A DNA stretch of 64,000 nucleotides, taken from positions 52,980-116,979 of the forward strand of contig JBOGKQ010000006.1 in assembly GCA_050747905.1 (NCBI GenBank), written 5' to 3'. The DNA is from Terriglobales bacterium. GTDB lineage: Bacteria > Acidobacteriota > Terriglobia > Terriglobales > SCQP01. A model generated the notes under the pieces. It was not told where the DNA came from. It did not search any database and saw only the letters and a program-made list of their open reading frames with translations. Position 1 is the first letter of the stretch, and each line of letters opens with the position of its first letter. This document shows positions 28,545-37,511 of this stretch, piece after piece. Made by a program: the position numbers and the translations under genes.

Positions 28545-29399
28545 GAGCAAAGCTAAACCTGCTGTAGCGCGATGCCGGCGTGATGGAACCAGGCGCGCGC
28601 ATCATTTGCCGTCAGGGCTGGCAGGGAGGAAGCGATGGCGGCCTCAAGGGCTTCGTTGCTTCTCGCTTTGGCGGTACGGAGCAAGGTTTTGAGCTTGGAC
28701 CAGGCCTTTTCGATGGGATTCAGGTCGGGGGAGCAGGGCGGAAGATACAGGAGGCGTGCGCCACAGCGCCCAATCGTCTCGCGCACGCCAGCGACCTTGC
28801 GGGCGCTCAGGTTGTCCAGCACCACTACGTCCCCGGGTTTCAATCGGGGGGCAAGAACGGCCGTCAGGGACGCGCGAAAGACATCACCAGCGGCGGCGGC
28901 CTCGATGGTCATCATCGCCCGCACCCCATCAATGCTCAGCGCGCCCAGGATCGTCAGCACGCTCCAGCGCCCGCCCGGCGTGCCCTCACAGATGCGGGCG
29001 CCGCCCTCGCATCGACCGTAGAGCCGGGTCATGGAGGTGGTCACGCCGCTCTCGTCGAGAAACACCAGCCTCTCCGGCGCAATCGCGGCAATAGCAGCTG
29101 CGTATTCTGCCCGCCGCTTTTGGCTTGCTGCCGTCTCACGCTCGGCCGCCTGCAGCACGCGCTCGACGTGGCCTGTCCGGCGCTGTTGCTGCCGAATCTT
29201 TGCTGCCCACCCCGCGCTGACCTGAAATCGCTGCGCCAACTCCGGCAGGCTCCCCTCGCCTGCATGCCAGGCGGCTAACAGCCGGTAGCGCAGGTCATCC
29301 GCAATCGGTTCTGCCATAGCGATGTTCGGAGGATTCCAGAGCGCAAGCCTATTTTCGCCCCGCTCCTGCCAACCCGCTATAGCAAGTCTGGATCTGCTC
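28545..29399 (-). mobile_element. IS630-family insertion sequence, internally deleted derivative (855 bp)
   Basis: The imperfect terminal inverted repeats GAGCAAAGCTAAACCTGCTGTAGCG and (reverse complement) GAGCAGATCCAGACTTGCTATAGCG match at 25 of 34 positions when the flanking TA is included. TA dinucleotides flank both ends (28543-44 and 29400-01). One DDE transposase ORF lies inside. Confidence 0.8.
28553..29317 (-). CDS. IS630-family DDE transposase, shortened (254 aa)
   Basis: The DDE region is intact (LVFLDESG, VVLDNLSARK, LPPCSPDLNPIEKAWSKLK). The region between the N-terminal HTH (RFQVSAGWAAKIRQQQRRTGHVERV) and the catalytic domain looks about 90 aa shorter than in typical family members of about 340 aa. 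Confidence 0.8.
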   Translation of the reverse strand: MAEPIADDLRYRLLAAWHAGEGSLPELAQRFQVSAGWAAKIRQQQRRTGHVERVLQAAERETAASQKRRAEYAAAIAAIAPERLVFLDESGVTTSMTRLYGRCEGGARICEGTPGGRWSVLTILGALSIDGVRAMMTIEAAAAGDVFRASLTAVLAPRLKPGDVVVLDNLSARKVAGVRETIGRCGARLLYLPPCSPDLNPIEKAWSKLKTLLRTAKARSNEALEAAIASSLPALTANDARAWFHHAGIALQQV

Positions 29400-30274
29400 T
29401 AGTCGTCGTAGAGGTAGCGGGGGCGGGACTGTTGGGCTGCTTGCGGCGCCGTGGTCTGGGGCTGCCAGCCGGGCCTCTTCCTGGCGACCAGCGTCCAGGA
29501 ATCCTTCCATCCGCTGGCGAGGTTCGTGGTGGCGCGGTAAATCGTGCGGAGCGCCGGCGGGACCTTGTCGAGCATGCGGTCGCATCCGCGCAGCTCGACC
29601 GTTTCGAGCCCGAGATTATGGCTCAGCGAGGCCAAATCGCTGCGGACGTACTCACGAATGTGGCCGCGGAATTCTCCTGGATACCAGTAAAACAGATCGT
29701 ATTTTGCGTAATTGGTTCCGCCGAGAAGCAGGGTGAGGCGTTTGCGGATATTGCCGGCGTTGGGCACGGTAATGAGCAACAGGCCATTGGGTTTGACGGT
29801 TTGGAGCAAGGCATTCAAGAGCTCACGTGGAGAGCTATGAAGATGCTCAACGACGTCACACATCAAGAGCAAATCGAACGATTCTCTCTGGAAGGGCAGA
29901 GCAGAACCTGGGGTGGCGAGGGTGAAATGAATTCCGCTGCTTTGGGCAAACGAGATGATTTTTTCACGATTGCCGTGTTGGAGGTGCCAGGCATCGGTGA
30001 GGTCGTCATAAGCGGAACAATCCATCCCCATGGCTTGGAGGACTGCGGCCAAGTCACACGGACCGCAACCGAAATCCAGGATTTTGGAGCCTGGGACCAA
30101 GTGCCGGCGCACACAGGCGGCCGTATCGAGGGTGCTGTTGCGCTCGAGGTGGATATAATCGGGGAACGGGAAGCGATCGATGACGAGCTGGATCGCGGCC
30201 CGCGGGTCCAGGCACAAGGGCCGGGGAGGTTCGCCTAGCCGGCTGACAGATTTCACCGCCGCGGAATCTTCCAT
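29399..30274 (-). CDS. Class I SAM-dependent methyltransferase (Methyltransf_11/23-like)
   Basis: 291 aa with the SAM motif ILDFGCGPCD, then FDLLLMCDVVEHL and VKPNGLLLITVPN. Its stop codon overlaps the TA flanking the right end of the IS. Confidence 0.75.
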   Translation of the reverse strand: MEDSAAVKSVSRLGEPPRPLCLDPRAAIQLVIDRFPFPDYIHLERNSTLDTAACVRRHLVPGSKILDFGCGPCDLAAVLQAMGMDCSAYDDLTDAWHLQHGNREKIISFAQSSGIHFTLATPGSALPFQRESFDLLLMCDVVEHLHSSPRELLNALLQTVKPNGLLLITVPNAGNIRKRLTLLLGGTNYAKYDLFYWYPGEFRGHIREYVRSDLASLSHNLGLETVELRGCDRMLDKVPPALRTIYRATTNLASGWKDSWTLVARKRPGWQPQTTAPQAAQQSRPRYLYDD

Positions 30275-30481
30275 CTCGATTTGATTACTCCCAAGCTTGG
30301 ACTGGCGCTTTGCTTGCCCAGGTGGCTCGCCGCTTTTTGCCCGGGCGGGCTTCGATTCCCGGCAGGGTCCGCCAGCTGGCGCTCAGGGCTCCTCCAAGCT
30401 GCCGCCACTTAGGATAGCAGAGTCATGGGGTGGCGCAAACCGGTGGCGTGCGGCGGGAAGGTAGAATGAAAACCGGAGGCG

Positions 30482-30943
30482 ATGATGAACAGTTTTGGAG
30501 CGCAAGGGCGGCTGGCCCCCGGCGGTCCCGAGATTTACCGCCTGGACGTGCTGGAAAAGAGCGGAGTCGGACCTGTCTCCCGGCTGCCCTACGCGATGAA
30601 GATTCTGCTGGGAAACTTGCTGCGCCACGAGGACGGCCGCTTTGTCACCGCCGACGACATCACCCGGCTGGCCAACTGGGATCCGAGGCGCAACGCGGGC
30701 AGCGAGAAATTGCTTTCACGCCGGCGCGGATGCTGCTGCAGGACTTTACCGGAGTACCGGCGCGGGGGCGACGCCAAGCTCATCGGCCCGCAGCAGCCGG
30801 CCGAGCTGGTGATTGCTCATTCCGTGCAATGCGGGATGCCTTCCGCGCGCGCGTCGAGTGGATCGTTACGCCTCGCCGAGCGCCTTCGCTTATAACGCCC
30901 AGCGAGAGTTGGAGCGCAACCGGGAGCGATACCTGTTCCTGCT
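30482..30943 (+). pseudogene. acnA: Aconitate hydratase A 5' fragment (decayed, truncated)
   Basis: Frame 1 reads MMNSFGAQGRL...IYRLDVLEK...RLPYAMKILLGNLLRHEDGRFVT.DDITRLANWDP. The protein continues in another frame (EIAFTPARMLLQDFTGVPA), loses about 14 codons, then reads GDAKLIGPQQPAELVIAHSVQ and, in a third frame, ELERNRERYLFL. It ends abruptly at direct repeat copy 2. It keeps a TAGAAT -10-like box (30462-67) and a GGAGG SD (30475-79). Confidence 0.85.
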
Positions 30944-31254
30944 GATGTTCCCTTCGTACCGGCCAGCGATCATGGACCGTGGGCTCATCCAGCCCAGCCC
31001 CGCCGGGTCACATTTCCCTAACTCCACGTGGCTGCTCGCCGAAGATGCCGAGCGCGTCGGGCCGGTTTCGTAGCGCCGGGCCGGGCGAGGTCCGCGGGCG
31101 GCGCGAGCGGCTTGCAAGGTGCCTCACTCTGGTTGACTCTCTGGGTGAGGGACCTATATTATGATGAACTCGCCAGTGCGTGCCGGACCGGACGCCAGCG
31201 TGGTTTGCATCGGTACCCAACATGACTGCGAACATGGAGCCACACCCCAGTTTA
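30944..31254 (+). repeat. 311-bp direct repeat, copy 2
   Basis: See copy 1. Here the repeat continues seamlessly into the intact downstream gene (31222..32409). Confidence 0.9.
31133..31162 (+). promoter_or_regulatory. Sigma-70-like promoter candidate for the Trm112-methyltransferase gene (TTGACT-N17/18-ATATTA/TATTAT)
   Basis: TTGACT lies at 31133-38 and TATTAT at 31157-62. The same element occurs in repeat copy 1 at 28423-28452, where it points into the IS. Confidence 0.4.
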
Positions 31255-32409
31255 AGCCTGCCGCCTGGCTCCATGCCGGAGCAGGTAATCGCGTGCCCAC
31301 TCTCCAAAGGCCGCCTCTACCGTCAGCCGGTGGAGGCGATTGGCCGTGAGCTGGCTGACAATGGCCGGCTGCTCAACCGCCTGGGCGCACCGCTGGACAC
31401 GGCGATCCGCACGGTGCTGGTACGCGAAGACGGCAACCGCGCCTACCCCATCGTGGACGGCGTGCCGATTCTGTTGGCTCCTGAAGCCGTAGCCCCAGCC
31501 GCGGCGGATTTGAAGTTTGACCTGGGCGCGGTGCAATATGCGGAGGCCTATTCCGACATGGGCCACTACAACAGCGTGGCTGCGGAGAGCCGCGCTCTGG
31601 ACGAAAATGTGGAGGATTGGCAGAAACTGTTGGCTCCCGTGGTCGCGCTGGATCCGGAAACAAGACAGAGATTTCCGAACCCGACGGCACGCTGGTGTGA
31701 CGCGGCGTATGAATGCGTTGCGCAAGTTGCAGCCTACGGTCAGTTGGTGCCGCTGGCAGGCAAGCGCTTGCTGCAGTTGGGCGGGACCGGTACGCACGCG
31801 CTGAAGTTCCTTTTGGCGGGGGCGGCGGAGGCTTGGCTAATAACGCCGATGCATACTGAGGCCAAATTAACGCAGTTTTGGGCGAGCCGGCTGGGCTTGC
31901 AGGACCGCTTTCACGCAGTGGTCGGCGTAGGCGAAGAGCTCCCGTTTGCGGCAGGAAGCTTTAGCGCCATCTACTCGGGCGGCTGCCTACATCACACAGC
32001 GCTGGAGCTGGCAGGCGCAGAAGCCTGGAGGGTGCTGGCGCCGGGAGGAGTTTTTGCGGCCATTGACCCCTGGCGCGCCCCCCTGTACCGCCTTGGAATT
32101 TCCATCTTCGGGAAGCGGGAGTGCAATGTACACTGCCGCCCGCTCAATCCGTATCGCGTCCGCGGGTTTCAATCCGCATTCCCCGGGACTGCTGCGCGCC
32201 GCTATGGCGCCATCTTTCGCTATCCCGCATTGGCCTTGCAAAAGCTCGGCTGGAGTTTGCCGGATCCCGCGGTGCGCACGCTGATGTATGTAGATGAATG
32301 GATGTGCCGGTGCGTGCCTCCACTGCGCGGCTTGGGGAGCGCAGTGCTGCTTTCCGCGCGGCGCCCGGAGTCAGCTCGTGCCACGACCGCTTCCGGAGCG
32401 GGCGGCTGA
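31222..32409 (+). CDS. Trm112-like zinc-ribbon-type domain fused to a class I SAM-dependent methyltransferase
   Basis: The N-terminus (IACPLSKGRLY...YPIVDGVPILLAPEA) follows the Trm112p-like pattern. The methyltransferase core has LLQLGGTGTHALKF and VLAPGGVFAAIDP. Start is ATG 31222 or 31234. Confidence 0.65.
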   Translation: MTANMEPHPSLSLPPGSMPEQVIACPLSKGRLYRQPVEAIGRELADNGRLLNRLGAPLDTAIRTVLVREDGNRAYPIVDGVPILLAPEAVAPAAADLKFDLGAVQYAEAYSDMGHYNSVAAESRALDENVEDWQKLLAPVVALDPETRQRFPNPTARWCDAAYECVAQVAAYGQLVPLAGKRLLQLGGTGTHALKFLLAGAAEAWLITPMHTEAKLTQFWASRLGLQDRFHAVVGVGEELPFAAGSFSAIYSGGCLHHTALELAGAEAWRVLAPGGVFAAIDPWRAPLYRLGISIFGKRECNVHCRPLNPYRVRGFQSAFPGTAARRYGAIFRYPALALQKLGWSLPDPAVRTLMYVDEWMCRCVPPLRGLGSAVLLSARRPESARATTASGAGG

Positions 32410-32443
32410 GGGAACACGGAGCCGTCAGGCGCGACCCTGGCTC

Positions 32444-32660
32444 GGGGCGCAGCCGCCAACATTTCGCGGGGGTCGCGCCGCTTTGCACCGTGGGCAAAAT
32501 CGACGCGAAGGGCTGCGCAATTCGGAACGGCGGTCCGCCCCCGGGGAAACATGCAGGCGCGGCCCCAACCACGGGGCCCCCAAGGCGCCTGCGCCTTGGG
32601 GTGGGAGCGAGCATAAGCGGGACGCGCGGCGCAGCCGCGCTGGGGCCCGCGCCAACATTT
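32444..32660 (+). repeat. Dispersed mosaic repeat, copy C (M7end-M3-M4-extra-M5-M7; lacks M6)
   Basis: GCCGCCAACATTTCGCGGGGGTCGCGCCGCTTTGCACCGTGGGCAAAATCGACGCG...CCCCCGGGGAAACATGCAGGCGCGGCCCCA...GCGAGCATAAGCGGGACGCGCGGCGCAGCCGCGCTGGGGCCCGCGCCAACATTT. Confidence 0.9.
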
Positions 32661-32764
32661 GATCCGATTGACACCGTGAACGCCAGCCTGTAAGCTCGTT
32701 CTCACCGCCGGGCGTGCCACGCCTCCGGCGAAGGCGTGCGGCTCCATCTCAACTACGGCTGACG

Positions 32765-34042
32765 ATGCGCATCCTGATTCAAACCATCAATTTCCAGCCG
32801 GATCTGACCGGGACGGCGAAGATTATGGGTGAGTTGGCGAGCTGGCTGGCGGAACAAGGGCACGAGGTGCGGGTAATCACCGCGCCCCCCTACTACCCGC
32901 AATGGAAGATTGCCGCCGGGCATAGCGGGTGGCGCTACCGGCGCGAACGCTCCCATGCTGGCCGGCTTGTAACTTGGCGCTGCCCGCTCTGGGTTCCGCG
33001 GCGGCCTGGCGGCATCACGCGATTGATTCACCTGGCCAGCTTCAGCCTGGCCAGCCTGCCGGTGGTGCTCGCCCAGTCGGCCTGGCATCCGGAGGTGATC
33101 TTCGTTTGCGAGCCGACGCTGATGTATGCGCCGGGCGCGCTGCTGGCCGGCAGGTTGGCCGGTGCGCGGACGTGGCTCAGCGTACTGGACTTTGAAGTGG
33201 ATGCGGCCACCGAGCTGGGCATTCTGCGGGCGAACCGGCTGCGGCGCCTCGCGGGGCGGGTAGAAACCCTGCTCATGCGCCGCTTCGACCGGGTATCCTC
33301 CATCTCGGAGGCGATGATGGCCCGGCTGCGCAGCAAGGGAGTTTCCCCGGACCGCATCCTCTTCCTTCCCAACTGGGTCGATCTGAGCGGGATTCGCGAG
33401 GACCGGGCGGGGGCTGCGGCGCTGCGCGCCGCCTGGGGCATCGCTCCGGCTCAAGTGGTCGCGCTGTACTCCGGCAATCTCGGTGTAAAACAGGGCCTGG
33501 AGCTGATCGCGGACACCGCGCGCCGCATGCAGGCCACCCCCGATATCCAGTTTGTGATTTGCGGCGCCGGGGCAGCGCGGCCGGTGCTGGAGCGGGCGGC
33601 GGCGGCCCTGCCGAACCTCATGCTGCGGGACCTGGTGCCGGCCGATCAGCTGAACGCGCTGCTGCACTTGGCCGATATCCATCTCCTGCCGCAGCGCGCC
33701 GAGGCGGCGGAGCTTTGCATGCCGAGCAAGATCCTGTATATGCTGGCGAGCGGCCGGCCGGTGATCGCCACCGCCGCGCCGGACACGGAACTCGGTCAAA
33801 TCGTGCGCCGCGCCCGCGGGCTCGTAATTCCCCCGGCAGACCCGGCCGCACTGGAACAGGCGATTTTGGAGCTGGCGCGCGATCCCCCGCGCCGCGAGCG
33901 CGCGGGACAGAGCGGGCGGGCGATTGCCGAGGCCGAGTTCGAGCGGGTGCAGGTGCTGCTCAAGTTCGAGCATGAACTGTACGAGCTGGCCGGCGGCCGT
34001 CCCGCGCAGGCATTGACAGCGGCGGGCAAGGCGGAGTCGTGA
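32765..34042 (+). CDS. WcaI-family glycosyltransferase (GT4)
   Basis: Start ATG 32765 (MRILIQTINFQPDLTGTAKIMGELASWLAEQGHEVRVITAPPYYPQWKI), which is the characteristic WcaI N-terminus. The C-terminal GT-B motif is also present. Confidence 0.8.
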   Translation: MRILIQTINFQPDLTGTAKIMGELASWLAEQGHEVRVITAPPYYPQWKIAAGHSGWRYRRERSHAGRLVTWRCPLWVPRRPGGITRLIHLASFSLASLPVVLAQSAWHPEVIFVCEPTLMYAPGALLAGRLAGARTWLSVLDFEVDAATELGILRANRLRRLAGRVETLLMRRFDRVSSISEAMMARLRSKGVSPDRILFLPNWVDLSGIREDRAGAAALRAAWGIAPAQVVALYSGNLGVKQGLELIADTARRMQATPDIQFVICGAGAARPVLERAAAALPNLMLRDLVPADQLNALLHLADIHLLPQRAEAAELCMPSKILYMLASGRPVIATAAPDTELGQIVRRARGLVIPPADPAALEQAILELARDPPRRERAGQSGRAIAEAEFERVQVLLKFEHELYELAGGRPAQALTAAGKAES

Positions 34043-34073
34043 GGGCGCCGGAGGCGAAAGGGAACGGACAGGC

Positions 34074-35087
34074 ATGAAACGAGTACTCGTGAATGGAGCG
34101 GGAGGTTTTATCGGCGGCCATCTGGTGAAGCGCCTCAAGGCGGAGGGCTGCTGGGTGCGGGCCGTGGATCTCAAGAAGCACGAATTCGCTGCCAGCGCGG
34201 CGGATGAATTCATCCTGGGCGATCTGCGCGATCCCGTGATGGTGCGCGAGGCGGTTCTGGGCGTGGAGGATGTCTACCAGCTTGCCGCCGACATGGGGGG
34301 CGCGGGGTTTGTGTTTACAGGAGACCACGACGCCGAGATCATGCATAACTCGGCCACGATCAACCTGAACTGCCTGGAATGGGGGCGGCGGGCCGGGATC
34401 CGGCGGATTTTCTATTCCTCCTCCGCGTGTATGTATCCCGCTTACAACCAGGAATCGGCCGCGGCGCCCAACTGCGCCGAGGATAGCGCCTACCCGGCTG
34501 CTCCCGACAGCGAATACGGATGGGAGAAGTTGTTCAGCGAGCGTGCGTATCTGGCCTACCGGCGCAACTATGGCATGCAGGTCCGGGTGGCACGTTTCCA
34601 CAATATTTTCGGACCTGAGGGGACTTGGGAGGGGGGGCGCGAGAAGGCGCCGGCGGCGCTGTGCCGCAAGGTCGCCGAGACCCCGCAGGGCGGAGCAATC
34701 GAAATTTGGGGCGACGGCGAGCAGACGCGCTCGTTTCTGTACGTGGACGAGTGCATCGAAGGCGTCCGGCGGCTGATGGAATCGGACTTTGCCGGACCGG
34801 TGAACATCGGGTCTGCGGAGATGGTGACCATCAACCAGTTGGCTCAACTCGTGATGGAAATGGCGGGCAAGAAGCTGGGGCTGCAACATATTCCCGGGCC
34901 GCTGGGCGTGCGCGGGCGCAATTCCGACAACCGCCTGATTCAGGCGCGCCTGAACTGGGCGCCGAGCCAGCCGCTGCGGGCGGGCCTGGAGCGCACCTAC
35001 AAATGGATCGAGCGCCAGGTGGCGGTGCGCTCGGCGGTGAAGAGAGCGGCAGCGGGGCGAAACGGGGGGGCGGGGCGCGTGGAGTGA
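34074..35087 (+). CDS. GDP-mannose 3,5-epimerase orthologue (GME-type SDR)
   Basis: There are long matches to the plant GME sequence as I remember it: GAGGFIGGHL, LAADMGGAGF (compare LAADMGGMGF), SSSACMYP, RFHNIFGPEGTWEGGREKAPAALCRK, WGDGEQTRSF, IPGPLGVRGRNSDN. Confidence 0.8.
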   Translation: MKRVLVNGAGGFIGGHLVKRLKAEGCWVRAVDLKKHEFAASAADEFILGDLRDPVMVREAVLGVEDVYQLAADMGGAGFVFTGDHDAEIMHNSATINLNCLEWGRRAGIRRIFYSSSACMYPAYNQESAAAPNCAEDSAYPAAPDSEYGWEKLFSERAYLAYRRNYGMQVRVARFHNIFGPEGTWEGGREKAPAALCRKVAETPQGGAIEIWGDGEQTRSFLYVDECIEGVRRLMESDFAGPVNIGSAEMVTINQLAQLVMEMAGKKLGLQHIPGPLGVRGRNSDNRLIQARLNWAPSQPLRAGLERTYKWIERQVAVRSAVKRAAAGRNGGAGRVE

Positions 35088-35126
35088 GGCCGGAGGACGC
35101 CATCCAGCTCTGGTAAGATCAGTCCG

Positions 35127-35864
35127 ATGGGCGGGGCGCCGATGCGTCAGGCCGCCCGCGTGCTTATGCCAGGCCTGGCGGGTACCGATGTGGCGGTTCT
35201 GTGTGGCGGATTGGGAACCCGCCTGCGCGCCGCCGTGCCGCGCCTGCCTAAGTGTCTGGCGCCGGTGCGCGGACGCCCGTTCTTGCACTATCTGATCGAG
35301 CAAGTGTGGACGGCCGGTTGCTCGCGTGTGGTGTTGTGCACCGGGGTGGGGGCGGCGGCGGTGCGCGAGTTCTGCGCGGGGCAGAGCTGGGAGGGGCAGG
35401 TGGTGTTTTCCGAAGAGGACGCGCCGCTGGGAACCGGCGGGGCACTGGCAAACGCCCGGTATCACCTGACGAGCGACCCGGTGCTGGTGGTCAACGGGGA
35501 TAGCCTGGTTCCGAACCTCGATTTTGGCGCTTTGCAGCGGATGGAGCCGGAGGCGCCGGGGCTGATCGTCGTGGTGCCGTGCGATGGGAGAGCGGATACC
35601 GGTCGCGTGTCACTCTCGCCCAGCGGAGAAGTCCGCGGATTTGCGGAAAAGCCTGCGGCCGGGCCAGACCGGTGGCAAAACGCCGGCGTGTATCGGTTGC
35701 GCCAGCGCTGGCTGGCCATGCTGACGAACGGGGCCAGCTCGCTGGAGCGCGACTGGCTGCCCCGCTGGGCCGCAGAAGGAATGCGGGCCTACAGGCATCC
35801 GGGCCGCGTGATGGATATCGGTACACCGGAACGGTGGATGCGGGCGCAGGAGCCTTGGACGTGA
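35127..35864 (+). CDS. Sugar-1-phosphate nucleotidyltransferase (HddC / mannose-1-P guanylyltransferase-like)
   Basis: VAVLCGGLGTRLR...PKCLAPVRGRPFLHYLI and EDAPLGTGGAL are present. The start among Met codons 35127/35142/35166 is uncertain. Confidence 0.7.
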   Translation: MGGAPMRQAARVLMPGLAGTDVAVLCGGLGTRLRAAVPRLPKCLAPVRGRPFLHYLIEQVWTAGCSRVVLCTGVGAAAVREFCAGQSWEGQVVFSEEDAPLGTGGALANARYHLTSDPVLVVNGDSLVPNLDFGALQRMEPEAPGLIVVVPCDGRADTGRVSLSPSGEVRGFAEKPAAGPDRWQNAGVYRLRQRWLAMLTNGASSLERDWLPRWAAEGMRAYRHPGRVMDIGTPERWMRAQEPWT

Positions 35865-36056
35865 GCCGCCGATGGGTCCGGGGACCAAGCGGCGGGAATT
35901 TGAGCATTCGTTGCGCTATGCTACCAACGCGGGAGGGAATGCGGAGGCCTTGCATCAGTATGTGCTGTTTCGCTGCGGGTGGAAACTCGGCAGTGGTTTT
36001 GGACGACAACGGGTGCGCGAACGGCGAGGCACTGGCGGCGCAGGCCGCGTTGAGGC

Positions 36057-37511
36057 ATGCTGCCGGGCGGCGGTGAAGTGATGCCAGCCGCCGCCACCCA
36101 ACTAGCGCCCAAGCCCAGCCGCATGGTTAGGCAACGGCGGAGTGCGGCGGCAGCTTGGTTGCACCTGGGCGGGCAGCTTCTCACCCCGGCGGTGGTGTTT
36201 GGCAGCCTCTGGGTGTCCGTGCGGCTGCGCGGGTTTGCGTTCGGGGGTGCCTGGGAGGCACTGGGAATTATAGCCTGCCTGGTCTGCGTCCTGGTATTCC
36301 ATGGGCTGGGCGTCAGCCACGCGCGCTGGCAAAGCGGCAGCTTGCTTGACCTCGGATCCCTGCTGCTGGCCTGGGTGAGCTCCATTGGATTACTGCTGGT
36401 TTTAGGTTACCTGACTAAATACTCCGCCGTGTATTCGCGCATCGCGCTCACCACGTGGTTTGTGCTGGCATTTCTGTTGCTCTGTTTGCTGCATATGATG
36501 TTGTGGTCTTATTTTGCCTGGCTGCGGCAAAAGGGCGTAAGCGTGGTCTCGGCGGTGGTGGGGCCGATGACGCCGGTGGCGCAGCGGCTTGCCACAGCGT
36601 TTCGGACCGACGCATCGCTCGGGGTGCGCCTTGCCGGCTACTTTGGAGACGCGAGCGGACCCGGGCTGGATGGCCTGCCCTATCTGGGCACGCTGCCGGA
36701 CTTGCCGCAATACGTGAGCGTGGAGGATGTTGATGCGGCCTATATATCGCTGGAACAGTCCGGGGAACAGCTTCCGCAGCTCATAGCCGCGTTGCAGGGT
36801 GGAAGAACTGCGGTTTTTCTGATTCCGAATGTGTTTGCATTCGATTTGCTGCATTCCGAGCTCCAGAGTGTGAACGGCATCCCCGTGCTCGCCGTCGGCG
36901 GCGCCGAGTTGAGCGAGATGGGAGGCGGAGCCAAACGCGCCATGGACCTGGTCCTGTCCGCAGCGGCCCTGGTGGTGCTGTCGCCGGTGCTGGCGCTGGT
37001 GACGGCGGCGGTCAAGCTGGATTCGCCAGGCCCGGTCCTCTTCCGGCAACAACGCTGCGGGATGCACAACGAGGTCATCACGGTATGGAAGTTCCGCTCG
37101 ATGCGCGCCAGCGCCGGCGCAGGCGTGACAATGCGCCCCGCGGTTGCTGGCGATCCGCGCATTACACGCGTCGGCGCCTGGCTGCGCAAGACCTCGCTGG
37201 ACGAGCTGCCACAGCTCTGGAACGTGCTCTGCGGCTCGATGTCTCTGGTGGGTCCACGCCCCCACCCACTGGCATTCAATGACCATTACCGGAGCCATCA
37301 TCGCGGCTACATGCTGCGGAATAAGGTGCGGCCAGGCATTACGGGTTGGGCTCAAGTCAACGGTTGCCGGGGAGACGCGGGCGCGCAGGGGGACATTCAA
37401 CGGCGCCTGGATTACGATCTGGAGTACGTGCGCCGCTGGTCGTTGCTGCTGGACCTGTGGATCCTGTTGCGGACGATTCCGGCGCTGCTGCTGAACCGCG
37501 AAGTGTATTAG
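36057..37511 (+). CDS. Undecaprenyl-phosphate hexose-1-phosphate transferase (WcaJ/WbaP-type priming glycosyltransferase)
   Basis: It has N-terminal TM helices and a C-terminal Bac_transf domain (KRAMDLVLSAAALVVLSPVLALVTAAVKLDSPGPVLFRQQRCG...VWKFRSM...DELPQLWNVLCGSMSLVGPRP). Start is 36057 or 36081. Confidence 0.85.
   Translation: MLPGGGEVMPAAATQLAPKPSRMVRQRRSAAAAWLHLGGQLLTPAVVFGSLWVSVRLRGFAFGGAWEALGIIACLVCVLVFHGLGVSHARWQSGSLLDLGSLLLAWVSSIGLLLVLGYLTKYSAVYSRIALTTWFVLAFLLLCLLHMMLWSYFAWLRQKGVSVVSAVVGPMTPVAQRLATAFRTDASLGVRLAGYFGDASGPGLDGLPYLGTLPDLPQYVSVEDVDAAYISLEQSGEQLPQLIAALQGGRTAVFLIPNVFAFDLLHSELQSVNGIPVLAVGGAELSEMGGGAKRAMDLVLSAAALVVLSPVLALVTAAVKLDSPGPVLFRQQRCGMHNEVITVWKFRSMRASAGAGVTMRPAVAGDPRITRVGAWLRKTSLDELPQLWNVLCGSMSLVGPRPHPLAFNDHYRSHHRGYMLRNKVRPGITGWAQVNGCRGDAGAQGDIQRRLDYDLEYVRRWSLLLDLWILLRTIPALLLNREVY

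Noticed and set aside
32753-34213. 486-aa ORF on the - strand
   Set aside because: It lies antisense to the WcaI-type glycosyltransferase and is Arg/Pro/Ala-rich with no motifs. The long antisense ORFs at 4..1074, 5190..6386, 25848..26927, 36402..37538, 48058..49134 and 58991-region ORFs were rejected for the same reason.
35872-36081. 69-aa ORF between the nucleotidyltransferase and wcaJ
   Set aside because: It has no SD and no recognisable motif, is Gly/Arg-rich, and overlaps the possible wcaJ start.
36466-36481. Sigma-54 promoter-like sequence TGGCATTTCTGTTGCT (GG-N10-GC)
   Set aside because: It lies inside the wcaJ coding region (it encodes a TM helix) with no downstream gene start, so it is probably a chance match.
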